From contig NC_083237.1 in assembly GCF_032191835.1 (NCBI RefSeq), positions 66,774,001-66,838,000 of the forward strand: 64,000 nt of DNA, in the 5' to 3' direction. The notes beneath the pieces were generated by a model that saw only the letters and a list, made by a program, of their open reading frames with translations, had not been told where the DNA came from and ran no database searches. The position numbers and the translations under genes were made by a program. This stretch comes from Heteronotia binoei (lineage: Eukaryota). Below, piece by piece: positions 34,901 through 44,631 of the stretch. The stretch's first letter is position 1. Every line of letters begins with the position of its first letter.

Positions 34901-37900
34901 TGTTCAGAGGAATGGCCTGGTGAAGAGCTGTTGGGGGGAAGGCGGTGTGTGTGTGTGTGTTCAGAGGAATGGCCTGGTGAAGAGCTGTTGGGGGAAGGCG
35001 GTGTGTGTGTGTGTGTTCAGAGGAATGGCCTGGTGAAGAGCTGTTGGGGGAAGGCGGTGTGTGTGTGTGTTCAGAGGAATGGCCTGGTGAAGAGCTGTTG
35101 GGGGAAGGCGGTGTGTGTGTGTGTTCAGAGGAATGGCCTGGTGAAGAGCTGTTGGGGGGAAGGCGGTGTGTGTGTGTGTGTTCAGAGGAATGGCCTGGTG
35201 AAGAGCTGTTGGGGGAAGGCGGTGTGTGTGTGTGTTCAGAGGAATGGCCTGGTGAAGAGCTGTTGGGGGAAGGCGGTGTGTGTGTGTGTTCAGAGGAATG
35301 GCCTGGTGAAGAGCTGTTGGGGGAAGGCGGTGTGTGTGTGTGTGTTCAGAGGAATGGCCTGGTGAAGAGCTGTTGGGGGAAGGCGGTGTGTGTGTGTGTT
35401 CAGAGGAATGGCCTGGTGAAGAGCTGTTGGGGGAAGGCGGTGTGTGTGTGTGTTCAGAGGAATGGCCTGGTGAAGAGCTGTTGGGGGAAGGCAGTGTGTG
35501 TGTGTGTGTTCAGAGGAATGGCCTGGTGAAGAGCTGTTGGGGGAAGGCGGTGTGTGTGTGTGTTCAGAGGAATGGCCTGGTGAAGAGCTGTTGGGGGAAG
35601 GCGGTGTGTGTGTGTGTGTTCAGAGGAATGGCCTGGTGAAGAGCTGTTGGGGGAAGGCGGTGTGTGTGTGTGTTCAGAGGAATGGCCTGGTGAAGAGCTG
35701 TTGGGGGAAGGCAGTGTGTGTGTGTGTGTTCAGAGGAATGGCCTGGTGAAGAGCTGTTGGGGGAAGGCGGTGTGTGTGTGTGTTCAGAGGAATGGCCTGG
35801 TGAAGAGCTGTTGGGGGAAGGCGGTGTGTGTGTGAGTACCTCTGTGTGTGTGTCAGGGGAAGGCGGTGTGTGTGCGTGCATGTGAGAGCTGTCTCCCTGT
35901 TAGTAGTGTGGCCTGGTGCTCTTTGCCAGGCCAGCGCTGTCAGGGGGGAAAGCAGGGTGTGTGTGTGTGTGTTCAGGGGCTACGGTGGATGTGAGAGATG
36001 GGAGTCGGTGCACGAGAACAAGCTGGGCACAGGGCCAGGGGTGGGTGCGGAAGGAGGTGGCGGCGCTGCTAGCTCTGACTTCTGTGGCAGCTGCTTGAGC
36101 TGCTGAGGGAGTGAAAGGCACTTCACAGCTCTCCCATCCTCCACGGCCTGAGTGGGGTTCCGCCCCCTAAAACTGACCAGCGATTCCAGTCAGAAGCCTT
36201 TGCCTTTGTTCTCTGATGCCATGCCAGCACACACGCAGCTGTTGCTCTCATTAATTTGCAGCTGAGAGATTGGCAGGATATATAATACTGCACGTTCCTG
36301 TCACCACAAACGTCTCTGTTGCCTGTCCCCTCATTGAATGCAGAGTCGTTTAAGATATGCCCCGCTGAAGAAGCTTGCAACGCTTGGTAGGCCAAAAGAG
36401 AACTCCACTGAGTTTCTTCATGCCAGAAACTGTCTCCACACCACAGAGATTTTACCTCGCCCCTCAAGTCAACAAAGGCAAATGAATACAGCTTCAAAGA
36501 TCCGGAATTTGATGGCAGAAACTTGTTTTGTCCTTGATATTGATAGCAACCAGCTTCCGGCGATGTAGGGGATATTGCATATGCGCATGAGCCCCAGCAT
36601 GTCTCTTTCTGCAAAATGACCCCTGCCCGCACTGTAGTCGTTTATTATCCCAAGAGAGATCATGATGACTGTGGTGGGAGTGCCTGTCCCTGCTCTCTGC
36701 AGCTCCTGGGTTGGAGTGTCAAATTCTTTCTCAGTTGTCTGGCTTCGGCTCCAGCCTCTTTTTTTCTTGGCTCCCTTGAGGACATACTGAGCTTTTCCCT
36801 TCCCTTCCCTTCCATGCCATAATTTATCTTTGGGACTCTGATTTCACTTGCAGTGCATTACCAGATGTGGAGGAAGCACCCTGCTGCTGGTGATGAGAGT
36901 GACAGCGAAGAAGAGCTTGCTGCTTTCTGTCCTAAGGTGACTGCTCAGGCCAAGCCTTTTGCTCAAGCGGGTGGTGGGTAGGCTGCCGGATTTAAGGGTA
37001 AGGGAGCTCATCAGTTTTGTTCAGCCTTTCCTGATTAAAGAGTGGCTGGCCAGTTTTTTTAAAGCAAATAAAGCATTGTTTTGCATGGTACCCCTTTTTG
37101 CGTAGAGCGCTGGCTTTGCTTAACGGTCCAGTTGAGTCAGATTTTGCTTCTGACTGAGTAAAATATGCAGGGATCTTGATCTCCCTGTGTTGTTTCTATT
37201 TTCTGACCCAAAATAAGTTTCCTAGAGCTGTGCTTGATACCTTGATTTCTTTCCAGCTGGATGATGCTGCAGTTGCCAAGGAGCTGGCGATTTCTGATTC
37301 GGAGCACTCAGATGCTGAAGTCTCCTGTACTGAGAATGGAACATTCAATCTCTCACGTGGCCAGACTCCCTTGACTGAGGGTTCAGAAGGTAAGGCCAGG
37401 GGCAGGAAGAGGGCAGGAGTGATAAAGTTGCTGTTTCTTTTGCATTTAAAACCAGAGAGTTGCCATACTGCGTGGCAGAGATGTGTCCCTATGCTAAAGA
37501 GTCTTCTGCAGGTTATGGTGGGTAGAGGAGGCAAGGACTGAGCAGGGGAGAAGACAAATAGCGAGAGACCACTCCCTTCCAGTTTGGTGTAGTGGTTAAG
37601 TGCATGGACTCTTACCTGGGAGAACTGGGTTTGATTCCCCCCTCCTCCACTTGAAGATGAAGAAGAAGAAGATATTGGATTTATATCCCGCCCTCCATTC
37701 TGAAGAGTCTCAGAGCGGCTCACAATCTTCTTTCCCTTCCTCCCCCACAACAGACACCCTGTGAGGTGGGTGGGGCTGGAGAGGGCTCTCACAGCAGCTG
37801 CCCTTTCAAGGACAACCTCTGCCAAAGCTATGGCTGACCCAAGGCCATTCCAGCAGGTGCAAGTGGAGGCGTGGGGAATCAAACCTGGTTCTCCAAGATA

Positions 37901-39056
37901 AGAGAGCTCTGGCTGACCTAAGGCCATTCCAGCAGGTGGAAGTGGAGGAGTGGGGAATCAAACCCGGTTCTCCCAGATAAGAGAGCTCTGGCTGACCCAA
38001 GGCCATTCCAGCAGGTGCAAGTGGAGGAGTGGGGAATCAAACCCGGTTCTCCCAGATAAGAGAGCTCTGGCTGACCCAAGGCCATTCCAGCAGGTGCAAG
38101 TGGAGGAGTGGGGAATCAAACCCGGTTCTCCCAGATAATGGCCTTGGGTCAGCCAGAGCTCTCTTATCTGGGAGAACCGGGTTTGATTCCCCACTCCTCC
38201 AATTGCAGCTGCTGGGATGGCCTTGGGTCAGCCAGAGCTCTCTTATCTGGGAGAACCGGGTTTGATTCCCCACTCCTCCACTTGCACCTGTTGGAATGGC
38301 CTTGGGTCAGCCAGAGCTCTGGCAAAGGTTGTCCTTGATAGAGCAGCTGCTGCGAGAGCCCTCTCAGCCCCCACCTACCTCACAGGGTGTCTGTTGTGGG
38401 GGGAGAAGATATAGGAGATTGTGAGCCACTCTGAGTCTCTGAGATTCGGAATGGAGGGCAGGATATAAATCTGCAATTCTTCTTCTTCTTCCATGCTGGC
38501 CCAGCTCACAGCTTTCGTGGAGACTCAGTGTAGATTGATAATATTTGAAGCTGCTAAACCTCCAGATCGTGGCTCTAACTGTCATATTATCTGCCCCCGT
38601 TTAGACCTCGATGGCCACAGTGACCCTGAGGAGTCTTTTGCCCAGGATCTGCCAGACTTTCCTTCCATCAACCCTGAGGTGACGGGAATAGATGATGAGG
38701 ATGACACCAGCATAGGCATTCCAAGCCTTGCCTTCCGTGCCCAGGGCCAGGAAGATCTCCGGCTCTCGTACGACAAAGAAGAAATGCCCTCAGAGCCACT
38801 CCTTGGGGCAGTGCCACCCACACACAACCTAACAAATGACTTAGCTGGTTTCGTGACAAGAGGGATGATCCAGCTGGCCTTGGCTGGGGGCTCCCCATTG
38901 GGGTCTGCCGGTGGCAACAGGCAGCAGCACAGTTCCAGAGCCTTCCTGCGGACCTCCAGCTCAGAGCTGGATACAGATGCTGAAGGAGATGACTTTGAGC
39001 TGCTTGACCAGTCAGAGCTGAATCAGATGGACTCTGCCAGTTCCCGTGGCCAGTAA
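19928..39056 (+). CDS. RETREG3: Reticulophagy regulator 3 (FAM134C), complete, 452 aa. Exons: 19928-20130, 25178-25284, 30723-30753, 31514-31640, 32141-32225, 34093-34230, 36854-36936, 37257-37389, 38605-39056
   Basis: It has reticulon-homology peptides ([27 protein letters not shown]), the motif [12 protein letters not shown] and the C-terminal LIR DDFELL. The nine GT-AG exons have consistent phases and total 1359 nt. Confidence 0.96.
20391..21355 (-). mobile_element. Tandemly reiterated CR1 3'-terminal segments (about 4 copies); the last extends into ORF2
   Basis: The block GGAAGGGACCTCCAGGGTCA..AACCCCCTGCACAATGCAGGAAAC..CCCCTAAATTCACAGGATCC recurs. The [25 protein letters not shown] lies at 21013-21411. 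Confidence 0.85.
22050..22505. mobile_element. Penelope-like terminal fragments with a short inverted duplication and a decayed hammerhead motif
   Basis: TTGTAGGTTTTTCCGG..GACGTTTCACT..CTTCAGAGG is a Penelope-type end. Positions about 22140-22188 are inverted relative to about 22451-22500. Confidence 0.55.
22640..23990 (-). mobile_element. Decayed 5' part of a CR1 LINE (ORF1 SGNH-esterase plus endonuclease region)
   Basis: The peptides [14 protein letters not shown] (GDSL/SGNH) and [11 protein letters not shown] / [13 protein letters not shown] (APE endonuclease region) are present with frame breaks. Confidence 0.8.
24520..24760. mobile_element. CR1 3'-end fragments
   Basis: The sequence matches the block at 14640-15075 (GAATTCACTGCCACAGGAGG..; GGACTGGATGGGCCATTGGCCTGATCCAACATGG). 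Confidence 0.7.
25348..25441. repeat. (CTCTT)n pentanucleotide microsatellite, about 18 copies
   Basis: It is read directly and begins about 64 bp after the RETREG3 exon 2 donor. Confidence 0.95.
25530..26030 (-). mobile_element. CR1 LINE fragment
   Basis: The [53 protein letters not shown] is canonical CR1 ORF2. Confidence 0.85.
28440..29100 (-). mobile_element. Decayed Penelope-like RT fragment
   Basis: The peptide [25 protein letters not shown] resembles the Penelope RT thumb/linker motif. Confidence 0.5.
29700..30250 (-). mobile_element. L2-type LINE 3' fragment
   Basis: The peptide [14 protein letters not shown] is an L2 ORF2 C-terminal signature. Confidence 0.6.
32770..33275 (-). mobile_element. 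Decayed non-LTR retrotransposon ORF2 C-terminal fragment (clade uncertain)
   Basis: The peptides [16 protein letters not shown] and [10 protein letters not shown] resemble LINE ORF2 post-RT regions. Confidence 0.4.
33803..33996. mobile_element. Short MITE with CAGTGTTCCCTCTAAGCTG-type TIRs
   Basis: The left end is CAGTGTTCCCTCTAAGCTG and the right end is CAGCTTAGAGGGAGTATTT, an imperfect inverted match. Confidence 0.5.
34600..35830. repeat. Compound minisatellite: about 22 copies of a 41-bp core plus a variable (GT)n tract, in RETREG3 intron 6
   Basis: The unit is TTCAGAGGAATGGCCTGGTGAAGAGCTGTTGGGGGAAGGCG followed by GT dinucleotides, with a period of about 54-58 bp. Confidence 0.95.
37577..38490. 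repeat. Two head-to-head Squam2-like SINEs with internal 79-bp tandem units forming a fold-back, in RETREG3 intron 8
   Basis: The minus arm spans about 37660-38138 (4 units) and the plus arm 38139-38490 (about 2.3 units). The orientation switches at 38138/38139. A short plus-strand head fragment lies at 37577-37655. Confidence 0.9.
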
Positions 39057-41104
39057 GACAACGGACCTCTTCGCTTCTGTGGAGCAGAGATGGATATGGC
39101 CTGGAGGAGAACAGGCTGGTGTTCTGTTCATGGGGTTGTGACTTGGCAAGGTGAATGGGATTGTTAGAATAAACTTCTCCTGAGCACATTCAGAGATTGG
39201 TTACCGAATGTGTGCGCGCCTCACTTAGGTTGGTGTCTCTTGCACTGTTCGTTCAGAGGCAAAATGTTACTCCTACTTGGAGGCTGTTCTTTGTTAAATA
39301 GGCATACAAGAGGTCATTAAGTCTCCTAGCGCCTCCTGAATAGAAGTCAGGTGAAGGAGTTTGTCGTTTGGAAGCCAAGTACTACGTAAAGCAAGTTCTA
39401 AAGTCCCTTGAACAATGAAGGTGACTGTCACACCCTATTCCTAAATAAGATTTTACTCTCCTGATCCTATCAAATGTGTTTGCGCTCTGTGTATGTAAGA
39501 AAGCTTTGACTTGCCACCTCTGGGATGTTGGAAGCTACTTCTCTACCCCCCCAGTAAATATTTGCATTTGCAGTGACTCCAAATTCATACCTTGCAAAAC
39601 CCTAGCCAGGCTCTTTGCTGTACAGTATGTTTTTGGAAGATGTAAGTGCTGGGCTGGCCCTTCCCACATCAGTTCCTTGAAAGTTCAGGCTGATGCAAAA
39701 TGCTGATGGCGGGGATAGGATGGCCCTGTAGTTGGAGGTCAGCTCAGTTCTCTTCCTGTTCCCCTAGCAGCTGCCAAAGTCTACATTTCTGTGATAGCCT
39801 CCTCACTGAGCAGGACTCAGCCACCCGACGGGAGCATATGATCCTTTTGGCAGAGGCTGGCCAGTTGGACATGCTCAATAGCTGCAGCTTTTAAATCTCA
39901 TGACCTTGAGCTCAGGTGGCCCCTTCTTATGCTGGAGAACCCTCTGCTGAGTGGTCCCTTCTTACGCTGAGAATTGATAGTGTGGAAGAGTTCAGCTACT
40001 AGCCCAGGTCACAAATGTCAACTGGTAATAAAACCAGATGTACAAGGCCAACTGTCTACAGGTCTCTGGCTCTCCCAAAACACGTGCAGTTTTTTAAAAG
40101 AAGATAAAAAAGTGGGCCTTCGGGTTTTGAGAAGATCTGAGAAGAAAGGTGTTGGTAATACCAATTGGAGTGTGATGCACCTTTATTTCTCGGAGGACTC
40201 TGTAACCTTATGGCAGCTATGTTTCGATTAACTTTTAAGAACAATTTAAAAACCAAATTCAAAATGGGTGACAGATTTGGGGATTCCTGTTCTTGACTGC
40301 ACTGCCTGCATTGCTGGGAGATGTTACCACATTCCTCAAGAACAAACTGTTTTCAGATGGTATCGGGATCTGTTGTTGCTCCTTGTGTGGGTAAGATTGG
40401 CATGGGTTGTGATCTTTAACCAGCATCTCTGACCCGCAAAAGAATATGTTTCCCTACACTGTGGAGACGCTACTGCTAAGAAGTTTGCAATTCTGGTGCT
40501 CTGTCTCTTGCATAGAATTCCACATATAAACATTGAGAGTGGATGTTGTATGCAAAATGATTAGAATGGACCCCCCAGAAAATACAGCTTAGCACAAAGC
40601 CATACTGGTGAACATCTGTGATTACCACAGACTTGTGAGAATGCTATGATGGCACACCTTAGAGTTTATATCCACGACCCTGTAATAACATGTGAATCTG
40701 CAGAACTGAACCATTTCTAACTTTAGATCCTGCTGGAGAGCTTGGCAACCAGGTCCTCTAGTTCCACCCTAACTTGCACCTCTTTTGGGCTCAGTAGAAT
40801 TTTTGACAGCAAGTGAAGACCTTTGCTGTACTCTGTTGTTTCCTTGACCAGGCAGAAATGTGACTGTAAATTCCATATGCCTAACAAATGTGCGCAGAAA
40901 CCTCTCGGTGGTGCTTTGTAAATGGCTTGATTTTATAGCATATCATGGTATCAACTGCCATTTCTAGTGTTTATAAGTAGTCGACATTGTGATTGTTCAT
41001 AGGTCAATTTGTCACAGTACAGGTCTTTTTAAAAAGTAATTTAAAATGCTAATAACTTTGAGGTGAGTAACTGACTTTATCAGATTTTGTGTTCTGTGGA
41101 TTCA

Positions 41105-41110
41105 AATAAA
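41105..41110 (+). terminator. Candidate RETREG3 poly(A) signal AATAAA (a second one lies near 41206)
   Basis: The hexamer sits in an AT-rich 3' UTR end about 2.05 kb after the stop codon. Confidence 0.45.
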
Positions 41111-42666
41111 ATTCTAATGCAATAAGACCACACATTTTCCACTATATTAATAGTGAGATGTTATTTCTGTTTCTATTAAGTGTTTTTCTTCCCTAATTTG
41201 GTGCAAAATAAAGCGTTGGAAACAAACTCAGTTCCTTTGTTTATTCCTCCACTTGTAATATTGAGCCTTGCTTTGAAGAATGTTTATGTTGGCCCATGTT
41301 GCAGTGAAACAGTCAGTTTGCTTTGTTTCTGTTCTTCCACTATCACAGCCATCCTCTCCCAGCCCACAGCAGAAAATATAATTAAGTCCTTTACAGATTA
41401 AGCCGTGCTCCAGAAAGTGCAGAAATTGGAAGAAGTTGTCCTTCGAACTTTGCGCTGTGTTCTGCTCTATGAGATTGTGCTGGCTTACAACAAAGGATTT
41501 TCTCTTGGTCTTTCAGCCCCAGCTCTTTTTGGAAGCTGAGTTACATTGGATTTAGAACATTGTAATACTGTTTAGGCTTGCACTGGTAATCCTTGAAACC
41601 AACCTTTTTAAATCCTCAAATTTCCTTTTTAACAGATTGTATTCTTATAGAATACTAGGAATAAGGTCTGTTGTGGAGAAAAATACAGTGGGCTCTAGAA
41701 AGAGGCTCTGGGTGAGTCTTCCCACCCACACAAGTGAAGGCATTCACTCCCCCCCCCACCTCAAGGGGAGCTGCTCTCTGCCATCTGACAAGCAGTTATA
41801 ATTCTGAGTGATCTCCAGCCCTCACCTGGAAATTGGCGACAGTGGTTCCTATGAGGAAATGGCATTGTACCTGTCTGAGGTCTCACCCCTCCTCAAACCC
41901 GACCCTCTCCAGGACTCCTATTGGCCTTAACTGAGCTATGAAAATCTTAGCACAGTATTGTCAGTCCCAGCATGTGGAAATTATCAGAAGTTGAAGGTCC
42001 TAGTGTTTGCCAGTAATCCCAAATTATACCAGTGGAGGATCAATTCAGTAGATATTGAGCAGGTGTGATGTTTTAAATATTTACGAATAGTCTTTCAATC
42101 TTCTGACTCCAGAAAGGCACATGTGGACTACATTACCACAAATGCCACTAAAAATGCAGGTGCAATTATGAAATTTTATTGGAACTTGGGAGGGGGGGTC
42201 GGAATGCAGTGGCAGCAGTCAGGATCTTTAAGGCTGCCCAACTTCTGTATGGGGCTTCCTTGAGTATATCACCATATCAATCACACTGGCAGGCACTTGA
42301 AAAGTTCTTAAGGCGTATTTTTCAGGCCCCTTCTCTGGATGACTCTAACCTTACGATTAGCCTGGAAACAGGCATGGTCCTTTGTGGATTGCAGCAATCA
42401 GCCTCTGTAATTCCAGTGGGTCGACAACACTCCCCATCACCTAAAGCCCAGGCACCCCACAGGAGGGAAATAATGCTGGAGAAGTCTTCTCCATCCCTGG
42501 CACAAGCAGCAGTAACGGAGCAACTTCATAAGGGGGTGTAGTTAGCTTGTTTTAATTGTGTTTGAAGAGTTTGCTCCAGTGGTAGGATTGCCAACATAGG
42601 TTTGGGGAATTCCTTGAGATTTGCAAGTGGAGACTGGGGAGAGCAGAGTTGGGAAAGAGGGCAAGC

Positions 42667-43199
42667 TAGGGTTGCCAGTCCCCAGGTGGGGGCAGGGGAT
42701 CCCCTGGTTTGGAGACCCTCCCCCCGCTTCAGGGTCGTCAGAAAGCAGGGGGAGGGGAGGGAAATGTCTGCTGGGAACTTTATTATTCCCTATGGAGATT
42801 TATTCTCATAGAAAATCATGGAGAATTGATCTGCGGGTATCTGGGGCTCTGGGGGGGGCTGTTTTTTTGAGGTAGAGGCACCATATTTTCAGTATAGCAT
42901 CTAGTCCCTCTCCCCAAAATACCCCCCAAGTTTCAAAACGATTGGACCAGGGGGTCTAATTCTATGAGCCCCCAAAGAAGGTGCCCCTATCCTTCATTAT
43001 TTCCTACGGAAGGAAGGCATTGAAAAGGTGTGCTGTCCCTTTAAATGCGATGGCCAGAACTCCCTTTGGAGTTCAATTATGCTTGTCACAGCCTTGCTCT
43101 TGGCTCCGCCCCTAATGTCTCGTGGCTCCACCCCCCAAAGTCTCCTGGCTCCACCCCCAAAGTCCCCAGCTGTTTCTTGCCTTGGACTTGGCAACCCTC
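42667..43199. mobile_element. Non-autonomous hAT (Blackjack-like) MITE
   Basis: The TIRs are TAGGGTTGCCA..TGGCAACCCTC, with a perfect 8-bp TSD GGGCAAGC at 42659-42666 and 43200-43207. Confidence 0.9.
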
Positions 43200-43800
43200 G
43201 GGCAAGCGGAGAGGCGCCAGCATCAGGCAGGGGCTGCAAAGGCCACGCGGGGCCTCCCCAAGCACCTCCCCTCTCCAGGCCTTCCGGAATGGAGACCCCT
43301 TCCCCCACCGGCACGAGGGGATGCCAAACCTGGGCGCCCCGGAAGCGCCCCTCCTCCGGCCCCGCCCCTTCCGCTGAAGCCCATTGGCCGAGCGCCCGGC
43401 AGCGGTGCGCAGCCCCGAGTCCTCCCCCGCAACTGCTTCCCCGCCCAAAGGTTCCTCCCCGCCCAACGGGAACCCACCAGCCGCGAAGCAAGCGAGAGCC
43501 AGCCGAGTGGCCTCCCCGCTGCCGGCGGGGATGACGAGCGGCGGAGGAAAGGCCCGCGAAGGTGAGGCGGAGGAGGAGGGCCGCCCCGTCTCTCTCCCTC
43601 TCTCGACCCCCCTGACGCCGCTTCCTCCCTTCCCCTGCAGGCGCCGGCGGGGCGGCCGCCATCCTCCTGCGCTACCTCCGCGAGCAGAACCGGCCGCACA
43701 GCGCGCAGGACGCCTTCGGGAACCTCCAGCGGGAGCACGGCCTGGGCAAGACGGTGAGGGGCGGCCGGGGGAGAGCCTCCCTCAGGCTGCAACGCTGCTC
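43200..43800 (+). promoter_or_regulatory. PSMC3IP CpG-island promoter
   Basis: The region is CpG-rich around exons 1-2, with a GC box CCCCGCCCC near 43360 and an inverted CCAAT near 43383. Confidence 0.75.
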
Positions 43801-44599
43801 CCTCCTCCTGCTGCAGGCACCGCTGAGCCTCGTGCAGCGTGACAGACAGCACCTTTCCACCTTGCCCTGGCTCCTTACAGCAACGCTTTCATTGCATGTG
43901 GCAGAAGTCAGCAGGGCAGGAGGCAAATGGGGTTGCTTCTGGCACAGGCCTCACCGTGCATACAGTACACGGGCATTGCGACCAGGGTTCACCTGGCAGG
44001 CCTCCTTTGAGGCATAGTGGTATGGGGAGGGGTGGGTGGGTGGGAACAGTGATTCCCGGTTTTGACCAAGATGCTCTGAAGTGTGTGTCTTTTCCTTCTC
44101 TCGCTTTAGGCTGTAGTGAAGGCTTTGGAGCAGCTGACTCAGCAGGGGAAAATCAAAGAGAAAGTTTACGGGAAGCAGAAAATCTACTTTCCAGACCAGG
44201 TAAGCAAGGTCCCCTTCCGTTCCTGTGGGAAATAATTGTTTGTTTCAGTTACTGATTTTAACTACCTGTGAGAAATATTTCAGAGACAACGGGTTTTTTT
44301 TTTTCTCGTAGCGTTTGATTTACAAATCTACACTGTGATTAGAATGAATTTGTATTAGTAGGGAAAACAGTATTTACATAACGTATTTTGGTTACTTTCC
44401 TGTATTACACATATGTTTCCATATGTAAACCTTAATTTTGTTTTTGCTGGTCTTAATATTTATGAGACAGTCACCACAAGAGGCCCTTTAAAATAATTGA
44501 ACTAAGCTTTATAACACAAGTTGTATTGTATTGTATTGCATTTATATGTTGTGAGCCGCCCTGAGCCTGCTTGAGCGGGGAGGGCGGGATACAAATAAA

Positions 44600-44631
<32 letters not shown>

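Noticed and set aside
34600-35830. Constant repeat with variable spacers resembling a CRISPR array
   Set aside because: The spacers are only (GT)n length variants, the context is a vertebrate intron, and there are no cas genes. It is a minisatellite.
42997-43926. Several 150-220 aa Pro/Gly/Arg-rich ORFs
   Set aside because: They are artefacts of the PSMC3IP CpG island and the adjacent MITE.
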